Shown here: piece after piece, positions 53,006 through 63,550 of the stretch | How the letters are laid out: each line of letters begins with the position of its first letter | Position numbering within the stretch: the stretch's first letter is position 1 | IMG/VR virus record: IMGVR_UViG_3300029288_000001 | Location: 96,001 to 160,000 of that record | Reading direction: 5' to 3' (one strand) | Origin: a virus | Lineage: Duplodnaviria; Caudoviricetes | DNA length: 64,000 bases | Translations under genes and position numbers: made by a program | Notes under the pieces: generated by a model | Database searches by the model: none | Told to the model about the DNA's origin: nothing | What the model saw: only the letters and a program-made list of their open reading frames with translations

Positions 53006-53822
53006 AAGTAGAACGCGATCTAAAACATGGTCTTTGGAACGGTTAAATGTTATGAAGACCACACACGAGCAAAAATTAGAAGAAGCCGAAGAGACTCTAA
53101 GGAAACTTCAAAACGAAGTAGCTAAGTATAATATAAAAGATCCAAACGATATAGACTATAAACTTGGAACTAAGCAATACCCCGAAGGTTTCTTAGAAGC
53201 GGATAGAAAAGTAAGAGACGCGAGGAGGCAAGTATTGCACTCCATTTCGTTGGTCAAGGGTATAGAAAAAGACATATTTAGAAAACTACAAGACGAAGCG
53301 TATCAAGAAAGAATATCGAAAGCTAGAGAAGAGCTCGCGACGCGTAGTAAGAAAGTAACGGGACCAGAAGCCCACGATCTAATGGCGTATAAACCAACTC
53401 TCGTTCTAATGAAGAAAAAGATCGCAGAGAGCGGTCTTCAAATCAACTTCCCAAGAGCCTCCGAAGCGTTAAACAAAATAGAAGCGTTTTATGGAGGGGC
53501 AAGGACTCCATCCGCGTTAATATCTGCCGCTATTTTCTTGTCCGATCCGTTGATCTCTCCAGAGAATACTCTTGCCTTGTCAGGCACTTCTTTTCCAACA
53601 ATGAGGCGTACCGTTGATGAGTTATTGGAGAGCGGCGCGTTCGAAGAGCCCGATAAGGATAAGGAGAGCGATTCCGATGAACGGTTAGCCGTAGTAGAAT
53701 GTCGCGCGTTCTGGAAAACATGTGGCGCGTTAACGAAAGACTTGGTGGAGGAAGACCTTCCCAAGGACGCAGAAAGGGTAGAGAAATGCGCGAGAGTATG
53801 TAAAATAAATCTAATAAAATAA
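52986..53822 (+). CDS. Coiled-coil protein with TFIIB/TFB-like cyclin repeat
   Basis: ASEALNKIE..YGGARTPSALISAAIFLS..ISPENTLALSGTSFPTMRRTVDELL resembles the TFB cyclin repeat (GRxPxxxxAAxxY...TxR). Confidence 0.55.
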   Translation: MRKDMTKSRTRSKTWSLERLNVMKTTHEQKLEEAEETLRKLQNEVAKYNIKDPNDIDYKLGTKQYPEGFLEADRKVRDARRQVLHSISLVKGIEKDIFRKLQDEAYQERISKAREELATRSKKVTGPEAHDLMAYKPTLVLMKKKIAESGLQINFPRASEALNKIEAFYGGARTPSALISAAIFLSDPLISPENTLALSGTSFPTMRRTVDELLESGAFEEPDKDKESDSDERLAVVECRAFWKTCGALTKDLVEEDLPKDAERVEKCARVCKINLIK

Positions 53823-53869
53823 TAGAAAAGGTATCTTATAGTTATAAAAATAAAAGAGAAGAAAATATA

Positions 53870-54934
53870 ATGTTGCAAAAAGATGTGCAATATTGGTTTA
53901 ATGGACTAAGCGTAGAGCAGAGAATGAAGTTAGAAGCAGAATACGATCAATATATAGGTAAAGGTAATAAAGGTGATCACCTTCAAATAATCACTCAAAC
54001 TGGTCCAGCATCAAAATCATACCGCCTTTCTAAGAAAGGAATAGCATTTCTAAACGATAAATGGGATTCGAATAAAAAAATACAGTTGCCATCAATATCG
54101 TTACAGGGTCAGAATTGGATATGCCCATATTGTAGGGGGGAACTAAAAAACCACGCGGATTTATGGGATCATATGAAACAATGTTTAAAAAATCCTGCTA
54201 ATATTCATGCTACTCCTACAGTGCCCAATATTACTCTTCCCGCAACCCCTCCTTCAATACCACCACTTCCTACGCCGTCTACGACCTACACGCCTCCAGC
54301 GAAGAAAGGACCAGTAAAGAAACCATCGACTATAGTTACTAATTCAAATAGTAAGATTCCTACTTCTAAATCGAGTCCTGTAGGAGCGGATGAACAACTA
54401 AATGGGCACGATCTCCAATGCGTGCTTAGAGTTACCTACGACAAGGTTAAAAATCTATACAAAACTCCCAAATGGGAGTGCCAGATCGATGTTGACGATA
54501 CAGATCTTACAAACAAAAAAGTCCAGTTGGAGATGCGCTTCCCAGACGCGGATGGTATAGACTTCAGAGAAGGTATTCCCTACGAGAGAATACACACAGA
54601 AGGGTTCTACCTCGAAGTCGAAGGCGACTTGCAGTGTGGAATGTGTCAAATAATGGAGAACGAAGATATATGCAGAGATGTTCTCACGGACAATACATTA
54701 GTTTGCCGTCCCATTCCCAAGGAGGAAGCAAAAGCGTATACTCCAAAAGGATCGTGGTCGGCGGGAGAGATCAAGGCGTTCGAGGATTGTAAGGAAGTGC
54801 GCGAACGGTATAGAACGCAGCCGTTTTCGAAGAAGATCTTTGACGAAATGGACGACAAGTGCAGGCGCGTGAGTAGCACGGCAATGCAAGAATGGGAAAA
54901 ATCCTTAAAAAAGGAGGAAAAGAAGAATGGATAG
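53870..54934 (+). CDS. Multi-domain protein with zinc finger and Pro-rich linker
   Basis: WICPYCRGELKNHADLWDHMKQCLKNP; P/T/S-rich middle. Confidence 0.65.
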   Translation: MLQKDVQYWFNGLSVEQRMKLEAEYDQYIGKGNKGDHLQIITQTGPASKSYRLSKKGIAFLNDKWDSNKKIQLPSISLQGQNWICPYCRGELKNHADLWDHMKQCLKNPANIHATPTVPNITLPATPPSIPPLPTPSTTYTPPAKKGPVKKPSTIVTNSNSKIPTSKSSPVGADEQLNGHDLQCVLRVTYDKVKNLYKTPKWECQIDVDDTDLTNKKVQLEMRFPDADGIDFREGIPYERIHTEGFYLEVEGDLQCGMCQIMENEDICRDVLTDNTLVCRPIPKEEAKAYTPKGSWSAGEIKAFEDCKEVRERYRTQPFSKKIFDEMDDKCRRVSSTAMQEWEKSLKKEEKKNG

Positions 54935-55048
54935 AGATCTATTGAAGAAACTCGGTATCGGTCTGGCGACCTTTAATATTATTGTCAGTGCCATAACGAT
55001 CGGAATTAACTACCACGATCTTAAAAAAGATAAAACTAGTGAGCAGAC

Positions 55049-55777
55049 ATACCAAAAAAGGAAGAAGTAGACGAAGAGGAACGAGAAGCATATCGGAGAT
55101 ATGTAGACTATAACTATCCCCAAGAGACATACGAGGGGGGTATCACAAGATACTCCGACGAAAAAAAACGGCAAGATAAGCTCATTAAGGATTGTTCTAA
55201 ATATAAAACGAATAAAACTACGAAGCAGATCGAATCTAACGAAGCGGACAAGAAAGAATACATAAAACAAACGAGCGACGCGCTAGACGCGTGTGACGCA
55301 CTACTAGGTGATGTGGAAGCCGTGGCGCGGTCGGAATATAATAAAATACATTCACAATTGTTAAAAGCGTCGTATATTAAACCAGAAGCAGAGTTCAACG
55401 CACTTGGTAAACACGAAGGCGGATATCAATATCTCGTAGATAAGGCGTGTAATAAGGTATTAAAAGACAAGAAAAACGAATTATACCATCAATGTAAGAT
55501 ATATTCAAACACGATGGACTACGCTAAAAGAGCTTGCAATGTATTGGGAGATATAGGTATGGACAAGAACATCTGGGGTGTATATAACTGGGATTGGGAC
55601 GCATCTAGTCGCCACATACATTTATATCATTCGTCCATTGAAATAGTATATAACGAAGTGTATGGCGTATGTCAAGTTGGTCTAGGATTTAAACTACCTT
55701 ACAAATATCCCCACCAGGCATTATCGGACGAAGAACGGGAAGAGAAATTTAACGAACTTCTTGACAAAATAAAATAA
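55049..55777 (+). CDS. Hypothetical protein, probable ATA start
   Basis: Frame is open 88 codons upstream of the called GTG (55313), to ATA CCA just after an in-frame TGA. Confidence 0.6.
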   Translation: MPKKEEVDEEEREAYRRYVDYNYPQETYEGGITRYSDEKKRQDKLIKDCSKYKTNKTTKQIESNEADKKEYIKQTSDALDACDALLGDVEAVARSEYNKIHSQLLKASYIKPEAEFNALGKHEGGYQYLVDKACNKVLKDKKNELYHQCKIYSNTMDYAKRACNVLGDIGMDKNIWGVYNWDWDASSRHIHLYHSSIEIVYNEVYGVCQVGLGFKLPYKYPHQALSDEEREEKFNELLDKIK

Positions 55778-55880
55778 AAAAGATAAGGAGAGAGAAAAGA
55801 AATGACCGAGAAGAAATATCCGCATAAGATCAAGATTTCGCCGTTTATGAAAGAGCAACTATTATCGTTGGTAAAATCTA

Positions 55881-57968
55881 CTAAAACCGCCCCATAGGAA
55901 TTGAATTAACCGCAGTGGTGTTCGTAGGAAGTCTCTTCCACACTGAATAAGAGAGCTGTTTGTTTCTAATGTAGTTTTTAAGGCATTCTTGTTGGTAGTA
56001 ACTACTATATCGACCAAGGACAAAACATTTTCCATTATAATGCTTCCACTCGTTGCTCCCACCAATTTGGTCCATTAATTGGTTCTCTTCTTTAAACGAC
56101 ATTTTTCTCATTTGACCCAAGGTCGAGAACCTAAGCATTTTCGCCCAACGCTCCTGCTCCTCAATGCCCATTTCGTCCCATCTACGCTTTCGTTCCTCTT
56201 GGTCGGGTTGTATATTTTTTATTGGAACTTCGGACCCCTCAGGATACCAATAGTTTCCTTTATTATCTAATACAGTAACTACGACCGAGTCGTTAAGCTC
56301 CTTTAAATACACTCCTTCGTAGAGCGCGGCTTTCTCTAAGAAGTCGTTGTCTCCTCTCTCGCGATGTTTAGCGTTTATAAATTCTAATTCCCAGAAATCG
56401 TGCTCCGAGCCAGTGCCACCCCATCCATGACCTGGTCTACGCCCTCGTTTCGCAATGTCGTTTTCGCGCAATATATTCTTGATGTTTCTTTCAATGGGTT
56501 GCTTAATCGTTCTTATGTCTGAAGGAGTTACATAGTCCGTGTATTCAAATCCTCCAAAGTATTTGTCGTAGCGTTCTCTAACCCACGGTCTTCTCAAGAT
56601 CGTCGCTAAATCTCTCTCCTTCTTTATTGTTGTGTATAATGTTCTTGTGGTTTTTTCTAAAGCGTCGAATTTCTTCAACGTTAAATCTAAAAGATCGTCT
56701 CTCGATACCTCTCCTTTACCTTCGAAAAACCCAGTTCGAATACTAGCTTCGCGTAGTATCTCTGGATCTTCCAGCGTTTCCAGTAGATCGTTTACATGGT
56801 AATTCTTCTTTAATCCTAGTTGTTTATAATAGTCCATTAAATCCCGTAGATTGGGATACACTCTAACCTGTATTCCTGCCCGCGTTTCTACTTTTTCCAT
56901 GGACTCAACCATGCGATCTATTTGGTCAGAATCTAGTAATTGAAGAATGCTTTTTCCCGTTATATCTTTAATATGGCTCCAAAAAGCAAACGAGTCTTTA
57001 GTCATTGTCATTTCACCAAACATCGCGGTCCATTTCTCAATGGCGTTACTTAACTCGTCCTGCCTGCCCTCTTTTATATAATCTTCCACATAATTATAAA
57101 AATGCTTGTTTACTTCCTTCGGTGCTGCCTTGATTACATGTCGGCTTAGTTGAGCGTATAACTGGGGATCGTGCCCTGCTGTCGGACCGAATCCACTCTG
57201 AGCCCAGTCTTCAAAATCGTGTATAGAATGGTCAAATAAGGTCGTTCTCGGAATGTAGTCCAGCTTGCTTGCTATGGACTCGAAGCTCGAGTATTCTCCC
57301 TTTATATATTCGTTTAACTCTACTGTATTCATCCCTTTGGTCTCTAGCTCTCTTCGTTCCGATTCTTCTTCCAAGGCTTCCACGGACATCCTAGGCTGGG
57401 TGATCCACATACATGTCTCTCGTCCGATCTCGTTCTTGTTGTTATCGAGCACGGCGGCATACCCTACCTGTCCACGATCGCCTGGAGTTCTATTCACACC
57501 CACGCGTATCACGAACTGCTGGGTTCCCTTTTTGTCCTTGAAGGATATGTCCTTTTGTAATGGAAAGTCAAGACATAGGTTCTCGATCGCACGCACTCCC
57601 GAACCAGTGGGTTGATAATGGTCCACATTCTCTTTCTGCGAGGCTTCGGTATGCAAGACGAGACCATTATTCAACGCGATCTGGCACATTTCATTCTTTC
57701 GCTTGAGAAGATCGCGGTGCGTGTCCTCATCTATCCTACTAGCCATACTCGTGGCGGTATTGATGTTGGAAACGGCAGATGCACACGATGTGAGTTTATT
57801 GTAGAGTTCTGTCGTACTACTTCGTTCTATATACGAATCGTATGCGTCTCGGCTCGGGTGCTCGTAGCCTACCTCGTAAGGGTCTACTCCACGAACGATC
57901 TCGCATTGTTTTATCTGGTCTTCCGCATCCTTTATGGCTCTATTTACTTCTTGTTCTGACGAATTTAT
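55881..57968 (-). CDS. Large hypothetical protein, probable ATA start
   Basis: The 621-aa ORF extends 74 codons to an ATA overlapping the TAA of an upstream 48-aa ORF. Confidence 0.65.
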   Translation of the reverse strand: MNSSEQEVNRAIKDAEDQIKQCEIVRGVDPYEVGYEHPSRDAYDSYIERSSTTELYNKLTSCASAVSNINTATSMASRIDEDTHRDLLKRKNEMCQIALNNGLVLHTEASQKENVDHYQPTGSGVRAIENLCLDFPLQKDISFKDKKGTQQFVIRVGVNRTPGDRGQVGYAAVLDNNKNEIGRETCMWITQPRMSVEALEEESERRELETKGMNTVELNEYIKGEYSSFESIASKLDYIPRTTLFDHSIHDFEDWAQSGFGPTAGHDPQLYAQLSRHVIKAAPKEVNKHFYNYVEDYIKEGRQDELSNAIEKWTAMFGEMTMTKDSFAFWSHIKDITGKSILQLLDSDQIDRMVESMEKVETRAGIQVRVYPNLRDLMDYYKQLGLKKNYHVNDLLETLEDPEILREASIRTGFFEGKGEVSRDDLLDLTLKKFDALEKTTRTLYTTIKKERDLATILRRPWVRERYDKYFGGFEYTDYVTPSDIRTIKQPIERNIKNILRENDIAKRGRRPGHGWGGTGSEHDFWELEFINAKHRERGDNDFLEKAALYEGVYLKELNDSVVVTVLDNKGNYWYPEGSEVPIKNIQPDQEERKRRWDEMGIEEQERWAKMLRFSTLGQMRKMSFKEENQLMDQIGGSNEWKHYNGKCFVLGRYSSYYQQECLKNYIRNKQLSYSVWKRLPTNTTAVNSIPMGRF

Positions 57969-58220
57969 AATACATCCTCTCCTCTTTCTCTTCGAGGACG
58001 GTCTTCCCCAGCGGCAGCACGCACTTTCATAGAGCTTTTATACCGCTTGAGCCTCTTGTCTTTCTGCGCGAGGAACTTTTCCGTAAAGTCGTCAGACGGT
58101 GGTTCTTCCATAGATCCTTATATACCTTTTATAGTTAAATAATTAGCGATCGCATTTTTTCATAGACTAAGTTTATAAAGTTTTTTAGCGTATTATACCT
58201 TTATTATAAGTTAAAATAAA

Positions 58221-59006
58221 TTGAATTATTTATTTAATCGTTTATATATGCCTCGTAAAATAAAAAATGAGTCGCAGCGGTTTACCTCGCGTATAGGTAG
58301 CGCGATTACACAAGCAAGACATAGATATTTAGATCAATATTGGGATACAACCGAGTTTTCTAGGGATTCTCCTTTATGGATAGTTCACCAAGCTGCATAT
58401 TATATACACGATTGTGATCTTTACTTAAAAACGAATAAAATTGGTGCGTTCCTAAAATGCTCCGACGATAGGATCTCGAAGATGGTTCACGATTTCGACC
58501 TTGTTGTAGATCGGAACTTCGACCAATGCGTGGAAAGCAGATCCGTAGACGAATGCGTGGACGAAGTAAAGAAATCGTGGAAGGAACGAGACAAAGCAGT
58601 AAATAACATGAGTTGGTGGAAAGACTCATTAAAGCGCAAATATTTTGACTATCAACAAATGGCGCAAGAGGATCGGAAGAAGCAAGAAGCATGGGATCTA
58701 GAACTTAAAAAACAAGCGGAGAAGAGAAGGTTAGAAGCGTCCCGCGACGAGCTACGAAAAACGCGAGCGGAAAGAAAAGGTATTAACTACGAGAACCTCA
58801 AGAAATCGTTAGAAGAAAAGAAAAAGCACTACGAAGCTTCACTGGCGCGAAAGAAGAAAGACGAAGCAAGTAGAAAACAAATACAAGCCACATTCCAAAA
58901 AGAAACTAAAAAGATCTATGGCGAGCGCATACTAGCAGAGGAAAGACGCTATAACATATATGGTAGAAAGAAATTCTTTCCAATCGAAGAAGAGGAGGAA
59001 GAATAA
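58221..59006 (+). CDS. Charged coiled-coil hypothetical protein
   Basis: K/E/R-rich C-terminal half. Confidence 0.65.
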   Translation: MNYLFNRLYMPRKIKNESQRFTSRIGSAITQARHRYLDQYWDTTEFSRDSPLWIVHQAAYYIHDCDLYLKTNKIGAFLKCSDDRISKMVHDFDLVVDRNFDQCVESRSVDECVDEVKKSWKERDKAVNNMSWWKDSLKRKYFDYQQMAQEDRKKQEAWDLELKKQAEKRRLEASRDELRKTRAERKGINYENLKKSLEEKKKHYEASLARKKKDEASRKQIQATFQKETKKIYGERILAEERRYNIYGRKKFFPIEEEEEE

Positions 59007-59478
59007 CATGTCCGACGACGAAGACTTTTGTGGTTGGGTAGATAATAAATGGAAGGAGTTCACTAAGGCAATACGACCTCTATTAGATCGCCATAGCGTT
59101 GGACTTCACGATTTTGCCATAAACTGTGATAAGAGCACTAATAAACAAATAATGAGAATTAATACCATTCGATGCGTGCCTCCCTCGAGTACATTGGCGG
59201 AAGCGTGGGCTACACCAAGGTTGGAATCAGCTCGTAAATGGATCACGCCACAAACAGCACAATCAACGGCATATTACTCGTGCGCCGATGGTCGAGCACG
59301 CTCAATAGGAGATATGCCATCGATATATAGAACCTTATCGTTAACTGATAAAGACGAAGATGTTAAATATAAAATAGGCGATGGAAATCACCGAATTATT
59401 GTAGCGAAGGAAAAAGGTATTCCTTGTATATTAGCCCAGACAGAAGAAAATTACGAAATAAGTGAAAGTGATCTCTAA
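58960..59478 (+). CDS. ParB/Srx-like domain protein
   Basis: YKIGDGNHRIIVAKEKGIPCI. Confidence 0.65.
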   Translation: MVERNSFQSKKRRKNNMSDDEDFCGWVDNKWKEFTKAIRPLLDRHSVGLHDFAINCDKSTNKQIMRINTIRCVPPSSTLAEAWATPRLESARKWITPQTAQSTAYYSCADGRARSIGDMPSIYRTLSLTDKDEDVKYKIGDGNHRIIVAKEKGIPCILAQTEENYEISESDL

Positions 59479-59987
59479 TGGACAAAGACGATCTAAAAGA
59501 ACTCATAAAGAATGCAAAGAAAACATTTGGATTAACAAATAGCTGTAGCCGAGCTGGGTATATCCTTCCCGATGGTTCTATGATTGACTTTGGCGATCCT
59601 TACGATAAGAATAGAGACGAACGGACATTTGAGCACTGGATGATTGGAAAAGCGCTCAAAGAAGACTATCCCACAACGGCAGAGGAAATGAACGACTTAA
59701 ATCTAGCAATAGGAGAATTCGTAGAACGCACGAACTCCATAAGAGCTATTGGGGGTGGAACCGTCTACGGCGTGGACTTGCCCTACGAGGAAGTAACGAG
59801 AGAGCAATGGAACCGCGTAGAAGATTGCTCGTGCCATCCACGAATAAAAGGATTGATCGTTGATTATTGGGGATTGGGGAACGAAGAGTATATTCACGAT
59901 CCCAACTGCTCTAACCGTATAACAGAGGCGAAGAAACTTTACGCAAGAAGACCAAAAATGAAAGATATTAAGAAAAGTGAGGGTTAA
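59478..59987 (+). CDS. Hypothetical protein (phage polyvalent-protein-like domain)
   Basis: FGLT...AGYILPDGSMIDF...R..EH motif. Confidence 0.5.
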   Translation: MDKDDLKELIKNAKKTFGLTNSCSRAGYILPDGSMIDFGDPYDKNRDERTFEHWMIGKALKEDYPTTAEEMNDLNLAIGEFVERTNSIRAIGGGTVYGVDLPYEEVTREQWNRVEDCSCHPRIKGLIVDYWGLGNEEYIHDPNCSNRITEAKKLYARRPKMKDIKKSEG

Positions 59988-60460
59988 TGAATAGCGACGA
60001 TCTAAAAGAACTTACCAACAAGGTTCAAGGCTTTATCGAGAAGAAAGGATGCGTGGTGCCGATCTCCGTGAAGGTAAAACCATTTCCCAAGAAGAACGAG
60101 AAGATCCTAGCTCTTTATAGGTCTATGTCCCAGTTTAAAGCGAAACCTATTTTCTGGATAAACGAGAACCTTCCCAAGCTCATGGAAGAATACGATGTAG
60201 AACCTTACCGCTACAATGATGTCGTGGAGGATAATATGATTCACGAATATGCCCATTCTATTGCCGAGTGGGCTAAGAAACGCGATCCTGACTTAGCCGA
60301 TGCGCTCCAATCTACCTTTATAGACGAAGAGGAGTTCGCGGAAGGGTTCATAGACTACGTGAAAGACAGGACCGTGAAATACACTACCAGTTCCTACGAT
60401 CGCGTAATGGACAAGTATTGTAAGAGTAGATTTCCAGAACAAGAACAAGAAGAGGAGTGA
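59987..60460 (+). CDS. HExxH metallopeptidase-like protein
   Basis: MIHEYAHSIAE...EEEFAE. Confidence 0.7.
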   Translation: MNSDDLKELTNKVQGFIEKKGCVVPISVKVKPFPKKNEKILALYRSMSQFKAKPIFWINENLPKLMEEYDVEPYRYNDVVEDNMIHEYAHSIAEWAKKRDPDLADALQSTFIDEEEFAEGFIDYVKDRTVKYTTSSYDRVMDKYCKSRFPEQEQEEE

Positions 60461-60467
60461 GACAAGC

Positions 60468-61226
60468 ACGAGCGAAAAGAAGCGACCCAACGAAGACATG
60501 CCTCAGATTTCCCAATACGGAGGGGCGTGTGGACTTACCAGCTTGTTAATGGCGTTAAAGCCCGAGGCTCGGGGTTTCGCTCCTTTACTAAACGAAGTCG
60601 CAAGACGGAAGAAGATCGTGAAGCCCACGACAGATAAAGGCAAGAACTGGCAACAATCCTTAGAAGTGCTCTTAACGGAAATTCCCAAGAAGAAACCCTT
60701 GCAAGAGATCGTGCGCGAAGACTACGGCGACGACTTTACCGACGGGATGCTTCCGTTACTGGAATACGACATAGAAGAAACGAGTAAGCACCACCGCACG
60801 CGCGATAACGCGTGGTTAATGGACCGAGTTAACGTGTGGAAAAAGAATAGCGAACTCTCCATGCTCGCGTCCTTGTTTGGATGTAAGATTAAACCTTATA
60901 CTCCTACGCCAGACGGCACGGGAAGCGTTTCGTTTAATTGGAAAGAACTACCAAACATCATAGAAGAAAAAAAGAAGTTCCTTGGCGATCGCGTTAACTA
61001 CGAAGACCCGGTAGTGTGCAACACAGGAGGACATTGGATCGCGATCAAGGAATTAGATAAGGACAAGATAAAATATCATAATACTGGGGGGTATGGCGTA
61101 TACACGCGCGATCTATCGGACTTTTCCGAGGACCAGCGGTTCTACGCGTTTAAATGCTCGCCAGAGAAATGGAAGCGTAACCAACGGATCATCCGTAAGG
61201 CGCTCTTCCCGCCCAAGAAACGGTAA
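60468..61226 (+). CDS. Papain-like (C39-type) cysteine peptidase
   Basis: SQYGGACGLTSLLM (Q..C), GHWIAI (H), YHN. Confidence 0.7.
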   Translation, partial: TSEKKRPNEDMPQISQYGGACGLTSLLMALKPEARGFAPLLNEVARRKKIVKPTTDKGKNWQQSLEVLLTEIPKKKPLQEIVREDYGDDFTDGMLPLLEYDIEETSKHHRTRDNAWLMDRVNVWKKNSELSMLASLFGCKIKPYTPTPDGTGSVSFNWKELPNIIEEKKKFLGDRVNYEDPVVCNTGGHWIAIKELDKDKIKYHNTGGYGVYTRDLSDFSEDQRFYAFKCSPEKWKRNQRIIRKALFPPKKR

Positions 61227-63548
61227 TTATGTTTTCTTTTGAAACGGAACTCTGTTTATCTGCTTGGCGATCTCGGCTAACGCTCGCGTAGCTTTATTGA
61301 TAGACTGCGTTTTATTAAAATCTATAATATTCTTAATTTCTCCTAATCCTCCCATTTCTTGAATCCTATCTCCCACTATCTGTTCTAATCGATCGTAGTT
61401 TATGATAATCGAATATGGATAATTAATATCGAAAGTGTGGGTTGTTTCGTCGTTGTCTACGAATATTTGTTGGATCTCCGTTTCCGTGATGAGCGGTCTT
61501 CCTTCTAATCCTTCTGGAACATCGTCTATGGTTCCTCTAAGTTCTTCGTCCATTATTTTGGCGGTATCTTTTAGATTGTCTGGCTCTAGCTCGTAGGTGT
61601 AATTCGCGTAATAAGTATTTTTATCCACGATCACATTATCTAACATTAGTTTTTCTCCCTCGTGTAATACATCTACATATTTAGCGATCGTATCAACTGG
61701 TATTTTAAGTTCTTTTATAATAAGTGCAAAAATGTTGTAACTTCCTTCTAGAAGTGACGAGGGATTCTGTAATAGATCTTTTTCGATGGTAATCCAATTC
61801 TCTATTAAATCTGCATCGTCAAATTCATTATCGACTATACTCTTGACATATGGCGTTAATAAATTCCATAGCGTAGCTAAGTCGTAATCTGCGAGAAATT
61901 TTATCCGACTTATCTGATCGTCGGTAAAAAACTTATGGTGCTCCATTTGTTGGACTTCCTTTTCGTTAAATGAACTTTCAATAAAATCTATGGTATGCTC
62001 GTCGGAGATAGGTTCGTAGAGCTTCTTATCGGGAGTAGATAAATTGTTATAATTAAACACGTAAGATGGGAAATAAATCTTGTATTGAAGAATGGAATCT
62101 ATGGCGGACTGAGAGAAGTGCATTCTATGGCGCATGGGCATATAGCTCGATTTCTGGACGAAATAGGGAGGAGGAGTCATAGGCGATTCCGTGGAAACCA
62201 CTTTCGCAATGTCGTTGAGCTTTTTAACTTCCGTTTCGTAGTATTCGTATTCTATTTCGCCTTTATTGAGGAGCTCGGTAAGATCCTCGATGCGCTTCTC
62301 TATGGCGGCTTCCGTGTAGAAATACTCGATCTGGTTGTGCCAGCACGGAAGGTCTCCACTTCGCGTCCAGTCGTATTGCGCGGGAAGGTCTTCTAAGGTT
62401 TTAAGGAGTTCCTCGGGCTTGTATTTCGTAAAGAGCGCGTGCCAGATGTCGTTTAAGGTAGTTATTGATACATTATCTAAATTTCCCGTTATTGCCTTTG
62501 CCTCGTCGCTTGGAGTAGCTATATTTATAATGCGCTTAACGATATATTCTCTCGTTTCTTTTGGAACATATTTCCATAGCTCCTGGAAGGTCATCGAGTT
62601 CGCGTGCTCCATGATTCTTGGCGCTAAATGAGCCATTTCTATTAGATTCTTTTTCTCGATCTTAATGGTCTGTTTGTTCGTGAAATCGGCTTCGGTGCAG
62701 TATCTATACTTCCCTGGTTCTACGAACGGATTATAATCTAACGGATCGCACTTCTTCTGGTTGAAGTCGTTATGGCTTGTTCCTACATAAAGATCGGAGT
62801 AATGTCGATTGGGATAGAGTTTATCGAGTTCTTTCCAATCGGTATTTTTGTTTAAATCATCTTGTATGAATGATATAACACTTTTATCGTCTATTTTATA
62901 TAAAGGTACTCGAACATTTAGTACCGATGGATCAACATTTGGTATTTTATCTAATATCTTTTGTTTTTTCTTGAAATCCATGTCGTCCCATAGTTTTCCA
63001 TAGTCGTGCGTCTCCGTGTATTCTATGTTTTCTTGGAATATTAACCTCTCCGCTTGTTCGATGTAATCGGCTTGTTTCTTGGGCTGCATGGGAGTATCGT
63101 TTATGATGTCGTAGTATTGGTTCTCGATTCCATACATTGCCAACGAACAATACCCGAACGGTTCTTTTTGTTTATCCTTGATATACCTCTCCGCGTCTGC
63201 GCCGTAGTCTAGAATAGTAGACTCTCGCACGGGCACTACGAACTTCTTTTTATCTATTTCCACTTCGGTAGGCGCAGTAGATCCTTCTTCTGGTTTCCTT
63301 GGAGACACATCGTGCTTGAACGCGGTTTCGTTAAGTATTCTCTGCCGGAGATCTTTTCTTTCCTCGGCGCTTAGCTCGGTCTTCATGTTCTTGTGGCACT
63401 CGTAGGCGAGATCGCGGCACGCTCTGGTGCGTTCGATGGATAACGATGGATCGTAGAGGCACTTCTTAATCAGATCGTAGGACGGTTGTTTATGGGCTCC
63501 CTCAAGCTCTAACTCTTCCGTTGATGGGGGTAATTCTTCTTCTACCAT
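61227..63548 (-). CDS. Large hypothetical protein (773 aa)
   Basis: Long ORF; stop abuts the stop of the convergent peptidase gene. Confidence 0.75.
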   Translation of the reverse strand: MVEEELPPSTEELELEGAHKQPSYDLIKKCLYDPSLSIERTRACRDLAYECHKNMKTELSAEERKDLRQRILNETAFKHDVSPRKPEEGSTAPTEVEIDKKKFVVPVRESTILDYGADAERYIKDKQKEPFGYCSLAMYGIENQYYDIINDTPMQPKKQADYIEQAERLIFQENIEYTETHDYGKLWDDMDFKKKQKILDKIPNVDPSVLNVRVPLYKIDDKSVISFIQDDLNKNTDWKELDKLYPNRHYSDLYVGTSHNDFNQKKCDPLDYNPFVEPGKYRYCTEADFTNKQTIKIEKKNLIEMAHLAPRIMEHANSMTFQELWKYVPKETREYIVKRIINIATPSDEAKAITGNLDNVSITTLNDIWHALFTKYKPEELLKTLEDLPAQYDWTRSGDLPCWHNQIEYFYTEAAIEKRIEDLTELLNKGEIEYEYYETEVKKLNDIAKVVSTESPMTPPPYFVQKSSYMPMRHRMHFSQSAIDSILQYKIYFPSYVFNYNNLSTPDKKLYEPISDEHTIDFIESSFNEKEVQQMEHHKFFTDDQISRIKFLADYDLATLWNLLTPYVKSIVDNEFDDADLIENWITIEKDLLQNPSSLLEGSYNIFALIIKELKIPVDTIAKYVDVLHEGEKLMLDNVIVDKNTYYANYTYELEPDNLKDTAKIMDEELRGTIDDVPEGLEGRPLITETEIQQIFVDNDETTHTFDINYPYSIIINYDRLEQIVGDRIQEMGGLGEIKNIIDFNKTQSINKATRALAEIAKQINRVPFQKKT

Positions 63549-63550
63549 TT

